From a virus (Duplodnaviria; Heunggongvirae; Uroviricota; Caudoviricetes), in the IMG/VR virus record IMGVR_UViG_3300029288_000054, positions 198,607 through 262,606 of that record: a stretch of DNA of 64,000 nt; one strand, written 5' to 3'. Shown piece by piece: positions 54,424-63,864 of this stretch. A program made the position numbers and the translations under genes. The notes beneath the pieces are model-generated. The model was not told the origin of the DNA. It ran no database searches and worked only from the letters and a program-made list of their open reading frames with translations. Each line of letters opens with the position of its first letter. The first letter of the stretch is position 1.

Positions 54424-54984
54424 TCACCACTTCGGCCCACCGGGCTTGCTCCAGAATTGCTGAGCCATCCCAAGACCCGAAGCTCTCGGGTGTTGATAGG
54501 GCAGCGGTATAATTCGAGGAGTAAGGTTGATGTAACCTTCCTCATGCTGCTCGAAGACTCGCGTCACAAATTTGATTATGCGTCGTGGCGTCGTCTGCCG
54601 CGTTGCCGACTGGTCCTCTGCCAAAATCTGCCCATGTTGAAGTTGTAACGTAAGACGCTTCAACCCCATATGGAATGTCTCACCAAGATAACATCGTTGG
54701 TTGCCGAGTACGAATAAGTTCCAGCCAAGTCTCGCAGTATCGCCGAGAGGATCGATATTTCTGACGTACGGGACAACTTCTATTTTATCTGACATCTCTG
54801 ATACAGCGAATTGCATATCCTGGATTAGAGGCGGATATAATAATTGGTCAAGCTTTGTTTTATCGAATCCTTTGCTGGCGAAATAACGGACTAGAAGCCT
54901 TTCGGCAACGTCGTTGTTCAGAGCGGTGCGTAGTTTATCTGCAAAGCGATCCATAATTTTATATTTTATCCCGGATAGTGGCAA
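54424..54984 (-). CDS. hypothetical protein
   Basis: 186 aa ORF. Confidence 0.4.
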   Translation of the reverse strand: MPLSGIKYKIMDRFADKLRTALNNDVAERLLVRYFASKGFDKTKLDQLLYPPLIQDMQFAVSEMSDKIEVVPYVRNIDPLGDTARLGWNLFVLGNQRCYLGETFHMGLKRLTLQLQHGQILAEDQSATRQTTPRRIIKFVTRVFEQHEEGYINLTPRIIPLPYQHPRASGLGMAQQFWSKPGGPKW

Positions 54985-56231
54985 GTCTTGCCACAGAAAC
55001 TTCGAAGAGTTGTCCCCGTCTCGTCATGTTTGATCACATAATCCGGCTGTATCGGTATCTTCCCAACGCCACCGGGGCCATCTATCACGAATGTCGGTAT
55101 AGCATAACCAGAAGTATATCCACGCAGCCCCTCAATAATTTCTACGCCTTTTGAAATTGGAGTTCTGAAATGCGCAGTTCCGGTAACTAGGTCGCATTGA
55201 TATAGATAATATGGTCGTACCCGCATCTTCAATAAGCGATGCATCAACGCTTTCATAGTCTCAATATTGTCGTTGATACCCGATAAGAGTACTGTCTGTG
55301 AGCCAAGCGGCATGCCTGCGTCAACTAGCATTGTACAAGCTTTCTCACATTCGGGAGTACATTCATCTGGATGCGAGAAATGTATGCTCACGAAAAGCGG
55401 ATGGTGCTTCTTGAGAACGTTGCATAGCTTGCGTGTAATTCTCTGTGGTAGGACGACTGGTACTTTTGTACCGATTCTGATTATCTCGACATGTTTTATG
55501 GTGCGCAGCTCGCTCAATATCGAATCGAGTTTGCCATCCAAGAGCAATAGCGGATCACCGCCAGATAAGATTACGTCCCTAATTTCGTCGTGCTGTCTTA
55601 TATAATCGAAGGCAGCTTTCAATTGTGTTGGTGTCGTCGTCTTTGCATTCTGGATACCGATTAACCTCGAACGAGTGCAGTATCGGCAATAACTTGAGCA
55701 ACGCCCTGATATCAGAACGAGTGCCCTGTCGCGATATCTATGGACAAGCTTTGGGACAGGGCTATCTCTGTCTTCTGCTAGTGGATCTTCAGCTTCGCCT
55801 GGTGATGTATAGAATTCGTCAAAAGTCGGGATAACTGTTCGTCGAAGTGGTTGGTTTGGGTCGGTCGGCGATATCAGGCTGAGATAATATGGCGTTATAT
55901 TGATTGCCTGCCTGCCATGGCTATGGAGCTTCACCATAGCCATGCTCTCTTTGCTACTAAGATTGATGACGGCCTCTAGTTGTTCCTTCGTCGTATATCT
56001 GTTGCTTAACTGCCACCGCCAGTCGTTCCAATCCCCGTCGATTATACCTGGAAAATATCGTTCGCGAAAAGTTTGTGTTATAGAACTAGGCGGCTCGGCG
56101 ACCAACGCCGATTGGCCCTCTGAGCTGTCCATTATTCCAACGCTCCTATTATCGGATGTCAGTGACGTGGGAGAACCTGTCGGTTCTTTCAACAGTGATT
56201 TGATGCGGGAAGACGTCGTGGAAACAATCAC
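54966..56231 (-). CDS. lysine 2,3-aminomutase (KamA/EpmB) family radical SAM protein
   Basis: 421 aa. ALVLISGRCSSYCRYCTRSRLIG (KamA-type CxxxCxxC context) and DVILSGGDPLLL. Confidence 0.75.
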   Translation of the reverse strand: MIVSTTSSRIKSLLKEPTGSPTSLTSDNRSVGIMDSSEGQSALVAEPPSSITQTFRERYFPGIIDGDWNDWRWQLSNRYTTKEQLEAVINLSSKESMAMVKLHSHGRQAINITPYYLSLISPTDPNQPLRRTVIPTFDEFYTSPGEAEDPLAEDRDSPVPKLVHRYRDRALVLISGRCSSYCRYCTRSRLIGIQNAKTTTPTQLKAAFDYIRQHDEIRDVILSGGDPLLLLDGKLDSILSELRTIKHVEIIRIGTKVPVVLPQRITRKLCNVLKKHHPLFVSIHFSHPDECTPECEKACTMLVDAGMPLGSQTVLLSGINDNIETMKALMHRLLKMRVRPYYLYQCDLVTGTAHFRTPISKGVEIIEGLRGYTSGYAIPTFVIDGPGGVGKIPIQPDYVIKHDETGTTLRSFCGKTCHYPG

Positions 56232-58332
56232 TATGTGAGATTATAAAGATGGATTCAAACCTAGTTGCTAAATCATCTTTGATCACGCTTATCAACATCT
56301 GACGGCCAGACTCGTCGAGGGCTTTCTCGGGTTCGTCTAACACCAAGATATTGCATTGCGGACCATGGATGCCCTGGTGCAGGTCAAACACGGCAAACAT
56401 GAAAGCTAGGTCGGTTCGACCACGTTCTCCACCGCTTTGGAAATCATAACCCCAGAGATTGCTCTCGACACCAAGCGAATCAGTTAATGACACCTTGATA
56501 TCTAATCCGAATAAGTCTAGGTAATGATGCAGTCTTGAGTTGAAATATGGCTGATGTCTGCTAATCAGGTAGCTCTTGATCTTCCTACGATCACTATATG
56601 CCTTCTGTATGTACTGTAAATGTGTCAAGATAATATCATATGTGGTTAAATCCTTCTGTTCGGCCTTAACCTGATCTTCGTTCTGTTTAATGCTTTGTCC
56701 TAGCTCGATGATCGATTTGGTGTGAGTATTCTTTTCGGCAGCGATGTCTACGGCATCTGCTGTAGCTTGACGCATTGAATCCAATAGCGTATTACGCTGC
56801 GAATTCTTTGCATTCGCCTCATTGACAGTCATATCAGGCTTCGTAGATGCTAATTTTTTCCTGGTGGCTTCTATTAGTTGTTCGAGTTGCGTCTTTTTTG
56901 CTTCTAATGCAGACTTCACTGATGCCGCTGTTTCATTGGCAGCACTTGTTGATGCCGCAAGCTGCTTATCGATTGTGGCTATTATTGCGTTAGATTTTGT
57001 AGAAGCCGCTGATATAGCAGTTTCTGCTTCTGATTCTAGTTTTTCGATTTGCTTGTTTATCTTAGCAATTTTAGCTTCTTGGCTGCCGATATCACTCTGC
57101 AGCTTAAGCACTTCGCGTTCTGCAGTATCTTTTACAGCTTTAGGGCCATCGATCTTGCTATTTGCATAATCGGCTGGAAGTTCGCGTTCGCATTCGACAC
57201 AGATTTTACCAGACTTTGCAATCCACTTTTTGATAATGGTGTCTTGCGAAGTAACGATTCCATTTTGGTTTGAAATCTCAGTGCGTATAGCGAGTATCTT
57301 CTTATTGATGACATCTATCTCATTTTGTTTATTCTTGACGGCAGCATCACACGCACTTTGTATTGAGGTCTCTTCGGCTTCAGACGATTCTGAGGCTGCG
57401 TCTTTCGCTGTTTGAGCTTCTTCTTTCAAACGCATTACAGTTTTTAGCTTCACATTCTCAGCATTAGATATACCAGATTCGGCCTCCGCAATCTGAGACT
57501 GAATCTCAGCTATCTTGGCATTAATCTTGTCAACTATGATCCACTTCCTAGCTAATGCATCAGTGTCGATTAAAACACATTGTGCCGCTTTTGCCTCATA
57601 TTCTTTTGCCAACTTTAGCTTAGATTCACGACGCTCTTTTCTACTGGCTTCAAAAGTTGACGATGAGTTTTGAGCGGTCTCAAATTGCTGCATAAGGGTG
57701 GCTATGGTCGATTCAAGATTGGCTATTTTCGTCTTGCGTTTTTCTTGCTCAATCAACGCTCTATCGTATTTATCCTTAGCGACTTCGGCATAGATCGATA
57801 AACGATCGATACCCATGATACGTTCGAATGATTGCCGTCTGGCTTGGTCCTGCATAGCGAGCCACGGCTGGCGGTATTGTGAAAAGAAGACAGAGCCACA
57901 AAATAAGCCATAATCGAATTTCAATTCTTTATCTAATAGTCTTTGTTGGTTTCCGGTAGTCGAAAGAGTGCAGTTGATTATTTCTTGTGTGCCGCGTCTA
58001 AATAGAAGCTCAGTATCACCTTGGCGAGTTCTAATACGAGTTAATTCGTCACCATTTTTGAATCTCAGACCAACCTTGGCATTGCCAGAGGAAAACCAGT
58101 TAAGAACTCTGTCACCAGGATTCTGGTTATAGACGGTTTTTCCAGATAGGCACCATAGTATGGCCTGCATCATAGAACTCTTGCCGGAGCCATTTGATTT
58201 GCCGTATGTATCGGCTCTATCTAGCACATTGCCGACTATGAAGCATTGCTCCATACCAGCCAACTTGAGCGTCGTGTCGTACGGACCCCAGCTAATGAAA
58301 TTCTCAATACTGACTGAATCTAAGTCGATCAT
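56149..58332 (-). CDS. Rad50/SbcC-like (T4 gp46-like) ATPase with zinc hook
   Basis: 727 aa. Walker A GKSNGSGKSS, long coiled coil with central CVEC hook (KICVECEREL), signature SGGERG, Walker B ILVLDEPEKALD, H-loop IISHS. Confidence 0.7.
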   Translation of the reverse strand: MIDLDSVSIENFISWGPYDTTLKLAGMEQCFIVGNVLDRADTYGKSNGSGKSSMMQAILWCLSGKTVYNQNPGDRVLNWFSSGNAKVGLRFKNGDELTRIRTRQGDTELLFRRGTQEIINCTLSTTGNQQRLLDKELKFDYGLFCGSVFFSQYRQPWLAMQDQARRQSFERIMGIDRLSIYAEVAKDKYDRALIEQEKRKTKIANLESTIATLMQQFETAQNSSSTFEASRKERRESKLKLAKEYEAKAAQCVLIDTDALARKWIIVDKINAKIAEIQSQIAEAESGISNAENVKLKTVMRLKEEAQTAKDAASESSEAEETSIQSACDAAVKNKQNEIDVINKKILAIRTEISNQNGIVTSQDTIIKKWIAKSGKICVECERELPADYANSKIDGPKAVKDTAEREVLKLQSDIGSQEAKIAKINKQIEKLESEAETAISAASTKSNAIIATIDKQLAASTSAANETAASVKSALEAKKTQLEQLIEATRKKLASTKPDMTVNEANAKNSQRNTLLDSMRQATADAVDIAAEKNTHTKSIIELGQSIKQNEDQVKAEQKDLTTYDIILTHLQYIQKAYSDRRKIKSYLISRHQPYFNSRLHHYLDLFGLDIKVSLTDSLGVESNLWGYDFQSGGERGRTDLAFMFAVFDLHQGIHGPQCNILVLDEPEKALDESGRQMLISVIKDDLATRFESIFIISHSDCFHDVFPHQITVERTDRFSHVTDIR

Positions 58333-58412
58333 TATTCTGTACCTTGGTTTTTCGATATCTCACTTTATTAATACAGTTGCGGCTGTACGAGAAAATCGAA
58401 GGAACCAATCTG

Positions 58413-59039
58413 CTAAACACGAGTTCTACAGACCCACGCTATATTGTCAAAAGCCGCCTTATCGTGCGGAATCAGGTGATTATTACAACATGCCTGCTCT
58501 ATATCCTTGTCACAAATTTCGTACCAATTCCATTTCTTCTTGAACATGTCGCAGTAGAATTTGTCAGCATTTTCGCAATAGTCGTGTGCCATGATATAAT
58601 CACCTGGCTTGACTACGGCGGATAATATCGCGAATTCGCTCTTCTTGTTGCCGCCATCGCACAAAACAAGCGTTACGCCGTCTTGCTTAATGAAGTCTTT
58701 AATATGTTGTTTGCAGTCGTCGGTGTCGAAAACATTCTGTATTTGTATGTCGATGCCTTTGATCCTGAGTTCGGTGTAAGCTGGACGTTCACAGATATCA
58801 TATGATATAAGCTGGCAATCTAAACCAAGATCTCTGGTCACAGTGAATAAGAAATATGTGAATCCTCCTCCGCCAGTGCCGATCTCTAATATTCTCCTCG
58901 GTTTAACTTTTTCGATGAAGTCAGCAAATATCTGATAAGCTAAATGATTTTGCTGCGCCGAGAATCCTAGATATTCAGAACCGAAATTCTCAATATCTGT
59001 CATATTGCTGAATCTGGTTATATCGGCCGCTATATCCAT
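58413..59039 (-). CDS. class I SAM-dependent methyltransferase
   Basis: 208 aa. ILEIGTGGGGFT motif I, acidic residue after beta2 (ISYD). Confidence 0.55.
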   Translation of the reverse strand: MDIAADITRFSNMTDIENFGSEYLGFSAQQNHLAYQIFADFIEKVKPRRILEIGTGGGGFTYFLFTVTRDLGLDCQLISYDICERPAYTELRIKGIDIQIQNVFDTDDCKQHIKDFIKQDGVTLVLCDGGNKKSEFAILSAVVKPGDYIMAHDYCENADKFYCDMFKKKWNWYEICDKDIEQACCNNHLIPHDKAAFDNIAWVCRTRV

Positions 59040-59932
59040 GATAATTCCTTTTGGCAGTAGGTGTCGATACTCGATACGACCTTAGACATATCAGAGAACG
59101 ACTGTCGTTTGTCTGCAATTCTGACCGGCCTTTCTAATAAAGCCGTCAGTTCGAATTGCGTCGAGAAAGTTGATAAATTTAGCCTTTCTATTGTCGATTT
59201 ATGTATGAACGGATGGCCGTCCACTACCGGCACTAAAACTCGTGTGCCTCGATAAGCCATATCTATAACGCTATGTTCGTAACTACCAGGATGAGTTAAG
59301 ATATATGTTTCGAAATAAGAAGTCGCATCAAGATAATCAGTGTACGGCTTTTCTTCTATTGGTATTATCCATTTAGGGAAATTTTCAGACGCAGCACATC
59401 CGCAACGCCGCAATTGAGAAATAGAAAATCGGTTCTTATAAGGTTCTAACCAATCATAGAGTCGTGGGCTCAATTCTTTGTTTGTACCACAATATGATGG
59501 CCAAATATGATCTAATAATATGTTACCTGGCTTCTTGCTTGTGCTGTGTTGATCTAAAACAGACGATAAGCAAGGTAGTGATATTTCTTCACAATGTTGA
59601 TAAGTTGCCTGCGGCAAATATGTAAAACAATAATCGACATGTGTTGTCGATAGCGGCAGCTCCATAAACAAAATCGTCTTATATTTTACATGTTTCCGTA
59701 TCTCTGCTAATCGGCTAAAAGCATGCTCGCCAAAACATGCATGAAACAATACAAAGTCAGGACATCGAACAGATAAAGGTTCGTAAATGCTTTGGAATTC
59801 TAATTCTACATGCTTGAGCTTTGCGAACTCATTCCATATGCCCCACGTCATCATATGTACTGAATTACGACATTCATTAATATTGCCCAACTTCTTTAGA
59901 CTCATCAAACAAAGGCGATAGTGCTTTGGCAT
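59030..59932 (-). CDS. hypothetical protein (possible glycosyltransferase-associated)
   Basis: 300 aa ORF within the glycan cluster. Confidence 0.4.
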   Translation of the reverse strand: MPKHYRLCLMSLKKLGNINECRNSVHMMTWGIWNEFAKLKHVELEFQSIYEPLSVRCPDFVLFHACFGEHAFSRLAEIRKHVKYKTILFMELPLSTTHVDYCFTYLPQATYQHCEEISLPCLSSVLDQHSTSKKPGNILLDHIWPSYCGTNKELSPRLYDWLEPYKNRFSISQLRRCGCAASENFPKWIIPIEEKPYTDYLDATSYFETYILTHPGSYEHSVIDMAYRGTRVLVPVVDGHPFIHKSTIERLNLSTFSTQFELTALLERPVRIADKRQSFSDMSKVVSSIDTYCQKELSWI

Positions 59933-59934
59933 AA

Positions 59935-60975
59935 TTATTTTCGCAACAATACGAGCTTTCTACGCTGCATCGATATGATTGTTTTGTCACTATATCTATT
60001 TTGGATAAGTGTGTGAATATCAACACCCGGATACATCCATTCGTATTGTTCTTCACCTTGCTCTGGTAGCTCGTAAAGCAACATGTCAGAAGCTGCTTGT
60101 ATGTTGTCTAATAACTCCTCGAACTTTCCAATTCGATTCTCTTTGGTGAAATGATGAAACACAGCTAATGCGAACACACAATCAAACTGTGTGTTCGCAT
60201 TACTCACAGCATCAAAAATATTTGTATTATATGACTCAAATCCTAACCGATCGCATAATAATTTTAGTATGTTATATCTTACTACGTTATACTCAACACC
60301 TGTCGCCGATTCTAGCAGATCTCTCAAGCTATAAAGTATGTGTCCATGACAACTACCAAGATCAAGCACCGATTTAATACCGTTTGATTTTACAATATCT
60401 GCTATTTGTGATTCTTTTAAGTCGTTGTTAAAATATGGCCAATCTTCGAAATCTGGATGAGGTATGGCTTGATATAAAGATGCTGGATATAATGACTTCA
60501 AATCGTCCATAAGGTTTTGCCATTTATCTTGTCGTTCGCAGATCGTAAATTGTATTGGAAGGCTGAGAGCTGATAAAATTGATATTCTATGCATACCGTC
60601 CCAAATCGTCAAACTACCGTCGTTCCTGACTTTTACGCAAATCGGCCCATAATAATATGCTGTGCTGTTAATGACACGGCTAATCAATTCATGCTCGTCG
60701 AAATTCGGTGCTATTCTAAATAGATCTTTAAAGCGATCGTATTGTCTTATTACATCTTCTCTATTATTTAATAGCCCATTCCATACGCTACCATTCGTTA
60801 TTAACTGTGTTTCTAACCATTTGAAATATTCGGTTTCTTCCATCGGGATATCGATATTTAACATCCATTGTTTGGCTGTTTTATAGTGTGGCAAGTTAGC
60901 GATTTCGCGCTTGAGATCTTTACTCCATGGGTCGTCGCCAAGACTAACCGTTTTATATTGCATTATTTGCTCCAC
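59935..60975 (-). CDS. class I methyltransferase-domain protein
   Basis: 346 aa. VLDLGSCHGH motif-I-like segment in the C-terminal half. Confidence 0.45.
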   Translation of the reverse strand: MEQIMQYKTVSLGDDPWSKDLKREIANLPHYKTAKQWMLNIDIPMEETEYFKWLETQLITNGSVWNGLLNNREDVIRQYDRFKDLFRIAPNFDEHELISRVINSTAYYYGPICVKVRNDGSLTIWDGMHRISILSALSLPIQFTICERQDKWQNLMDDLKSLYPASLYQAIPHPDFEDWPYFNNDLKESQIADIVKSNGIKSVLDLGSCHGHILYSLRDLLESATGVEYNVVRYNILKLLCDRLGFESYNTNIFDAVSNANTQFDCVFALAVFHHFTKENRIGKFEELLDNIQAASDMLLYELPEQGEEQYEWMYPGVDIHTLIQNRYSDKTIISMQRRKLVLLRK

Positions 60976-61610
60976 CAGAGACGTAGATCATCGCTATAGG
61001 TCTTTTCCACTAAACGACGCAATTCTGGCGTATAATAACAAGCGGACGGTTTATGAACACTGATATTAAGATGACCTAAATCCGGGAATCTATAGCGTTT
61101 TTGTAGGCTAGGCCAAAAAGAATCTACCTCATGCATTTCTCGTATGACCTTCGCCACACACTTTCCTTCATGAAGTAGAAAGTGCGACATCGGAGTTATA
61201 TGAGTATCTAAGATCTCATCATCTGGCGGATTTTGCACTAGCTCACATATAGTGTGGCAGAATATATCAAAGGGTTGTCCGGATAGTCGCTGTAATTGCG
61301 GTCCTAGCAGTGGTCTTATTGCAGGAGCACAGCACTTCTCTTGCCAAACCGATACAAGTCGATCGAACGGATTGCGAATGATGGCCCAAGTATACCAGTC
61401 GTCATCGAGTTCAGCTATCCATTTCATTGACTCGACATGTGGCCATGCTCTACTATGAACCATTTCATAGCGTTCGACGGGTTCAAGTTTAAAATGTTTT
61501 TCGAGGGCACGTCTGATCGAACTGCACGCGCACTTCGGAATAGAAACGTGAGCCCATTTTTGTTTGTCATCTACAATGACAAGTGGTGGGAACTTCTTCG
61601 CCATAATCAA
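60963..61610 (-). CDS. sulfotransferase-like protein (weak)
   Basis: 215 aa. HVSIPKCACSSIR resembles the carbohydrate sulfotransferase PAPS 5'-phosphosulfate-binding segment. Assignment is weak. Confidence 0.35.
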   Translation of the reverse strand: MIMAKKFPPLVIVDDKQKWAHVSIPKCACSSIRRALEKHFKLEPVERYEMVHSRAWPHVESMKWIAELDDDWYTWAIIRNPFDRLVSVWQEKCCAPAIRPLLGPQLQRLSGQPFDIFCHTICELVQNPPDDEILDTHITPMSHFLLHEGKCVAKVIREMHEVDSFWPSLQKRYRFPDLGHLNISVHKPSACYYTPELRRLVEKTYSDDLRLWWSK

Positions 61611-63247
61611 TCATACTGCCAGTTGCGAAAACACTTTTTGCAGGCTTCGCATTGCTCGCCCGCTTTCATCTCTCTGAATTTCTGACAGTACTGGCTTTGC
61701 CAGATTATACTGTCTGTGATCGTGCCGTTTTCTTCTCTTGGTGGCGCTACGCTGTTGCAGATCGTTATTGATCTGTTCCCGTTTATACCAATTGTCTTCC
61801 ATGGGAACAAACAATTTCTTCTAATCTCATCTTTGGCTATGAGGATTGGATACCGTAATACGATGTCGGCGTCCGGAAGAGCCTTAATAGCATCTATCAA
61901 GACTTGATCGTCTTTTGTTAGCACCAGATCCCAGAATTTCGTGTTCTCACTATCATCGAAATGCGGTAGAATATTATGTAGATGGACGCCTTGCACACCC
62001 AATGATTTTGCTAATGCGAGAAATTCTGCGATATCTGACAAGTTGTTTTTATCGCAAACGCGAGATAGATAAGTTGGAATACCTATAGCAACACTTGTTC
62101 GAACACCAGCCAATGCCTTTTCGAATAAATCGTTGCCGGTGATCCGTTTATATTCATCGGCATTCGATGCATTTAAACTGACTGATAAGTAGTCTGGCAA
62201 GCATCCAGCATCTCGTAGCCACGGCAACCGTTCTGCTACGAGCGTTCCATTTGTGATAAGCCCCGCATATAAATTTTTGCCATATGAATGCCATTGTTCT
62301 ACAGGCTTTTTAATATACTGCATTAACGATATTAAATTCTCACACATGAATGGCTCGCCGAAGCCACATATACATAACGATTGAATTGACGGGAACCTAA
62401 ATAACAAATCGTCTATAACGCCAGCGGTCATATCTGGGAAGTCTTCTAAATCCTTATGCTGACGCCAACAGAAATTGCACTTCAAATTGCATTTGTTAGT
62501 GATATAGAGAGTGGCTGATGTTGGCTGCTCTAGAAAGCTCTGCATCCGATGATATTCTGGGCGTTTAGCAGTAAAATTCTTCTCACCAAGCTGTAGTCTC
62601 TTATCGCTAACGACGCTAGTATAAGCGCCCAGTAACGCAAATAAGTTAACTTCGGTTGGCTCTCTTTTGAAGATTTCAAATAATTTTCTTGGTAAGCTTT
62701 CGAGCCATACGTAACCAAACTCTTTGAACTTCTCCATCAAATTCAGATAACGTTCAAATATTAGCTCGCTGTTCCATAACGGTGAATGCTTACCGACAAC
62801 ATCTTCTTTCAGGATATAAGTGTATCCGTCTGCTTTCATTCTATCGAGTTGCTCAACCTCGCATGACATATGACTAAGATCATACGGATAGTTCTTGAAG
62901 ATTTCGAATTTGTATATCTTGATACCATAAATGATGAAATCAATATGAACGTCTAGCAAGCGAAAAGCAACCATCGAGCATTTTGGATCGGTGTTAGTTA
63001 TAGCATTATACATCTTCTCGATGGCATCGGGATTCAACACCATATCTTCATCCACTTCTACATAATAAGGTGTCTTACACCTCACCAGCATCTGTTGGAA
63101 GGCAACAGACATGGGACTATAGTCTTTAATGATATCGACTGCTACCTTGATAGTCTGAGTCTTCAGTGCATCTAAACATAATTGAAGGTTCGGATTTGTC
63201 CCAGAGCTAATAACGAACGCTGTGATTTGTTTGGATAAGTCTTGCAT
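61607..63247 (-). CDS. GT2-like N-terminal domain fused to radical SAM / SPASM domain
   Basis: 546 aa. N-terminal AFVISSGTNPNLQLCLDALKTQT and VEVDEDMVL. Central ITNKCNLKCNFCW (CxxxCxxC) and GFGEPF. C-terminal Cys cluster CQKF...CEACKKC. Confidence 0.6.
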   Translation of the reverse strand: MQDLSKQITAFVISSGTNPNLQLCLDALKTQTIKVAVDIIKDYSPMSVAFQQMLVRCKTPYYVEVDEDMVLNPDAIEKMYNAITNTDPKCSMVAFRLLDVHIDFIIYGIKIYKFEIFKNYPYDLSHMSCEVEQLDRMKADGYTYILKEDVVGKHSPLWNSELIFERYLNLMEKFKEFGYVWLESLPRKLFEIFKREPTEVNLFALLGAYTSVVSDKRLQLGEKNFTAKRPEYHRMQSFLEQPTSATLYITNKCNLKCNFCWRQHKDLEDFPDMTAGVIDDLLFRFPSIQSLCICGFGEPFMCENLISLMQYIKKPVEQWHSYGKNLYAGLITNGTLVAERLPWLRDAGCLPDYLSVSLNASNADEYKRITGNDLFEKALAGVRTSVAIGIPTYLSRVCDKNNLSDIAEFLALAKSLGVQGVHLHNILPHFDDSENTKFWDLVLTKDDQVLIDAIKALPDADIVLRYPILIAKDEIRRNCLFPWKTIGINGNRSITICNSVAPPREENGTITDSIIWQSQYCQKFREMKAGEQCEACKKCFRNWQYD

Positions 63248-63864
63248 TATATCATCCCGAAGTGGCGGTTGATTGTGTTTATATTACCGATATTTCTCTC
63301 AACAGCCGCTACGAAAGCAGCATCCCAATATGGAGATAAAACCTTCCAGCTCAATGACTTCTCAATTCGCTGCCTGTTTTCAAACCCTACTCGCTGCCGT
63401 AAGTCTTTATTTTCTAGGGAGTGCAGACATTTATTCATTTCTTCTACAACCGATCTTTCTGGATTTACTGGCACGATCCAGTCAGAATCCAGAATCATTC
63501 GAATAGAGCCTACATCAGTGCAGACAACTGGAATTCCACAGGCACAAGCTTCAAGTACGACACGAGGCATGCATTCACTAAGGCTTGTCATCACAAGGAC
63601 ATCAATAGCATTATAGAATCGTAGCATATGATCAAGAGATCTCTCAACGAAAAATTGTTTTCCGTGTTGAGACTGCATTTCAACCTTAAAATCAAGCCGA
63701 TCAAGTAGGTGCAATCTCTTAACATTATCTCGTCTTCCAGCCCAACCAACTATTAAATTGTTGACGTACCTGCCGCTACGTCTTGATAGTGATGGGATAG
63801 GCAACTTCTCGTTAGCTGGTCGCCATTTACCTCTTTCCCAGGTCGAGACCGGATCTCGCTTCAA
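63247..63864 (-). CDS. GT4 (GT-B) glycosyltransferase C-terminal domain; N-terminus probably beyond the annotated start or window
   Basis: EACACGIPVVCTDVGS matches the GT4 E..G.PVV.TDVGG motif. Only about 205 aa are covered. Confidence 0.5.
   Translation of the reverse strand: MKRDPVSTWERGKWRPANEKLPIPSLSRRSGRYVNNLIVGWAGRRDNVKRLHLLDRLDFKVEMQSQHGKQFFVERSLDHMLRFYNAIDVLVMTSLSECMPRVVLEACACGIPVVCTDVGSIRMILDSDWIVPVNPERSVVEEMNKCLHSLENKDLRQRVGFENRQRIEKSLSWKVLSPYWDAAFVAAVERNIGNINTINRHFGMI

Noticed and set aside
56822-57415. Several plus-strand ORFs within the Rad50-like gene (56822..57169, 57049..57273, 57230..57415)
   Set aside because: Antisense to the coiled-coil region. The translations are low complexity: poly-Ala, Ser, Leu.
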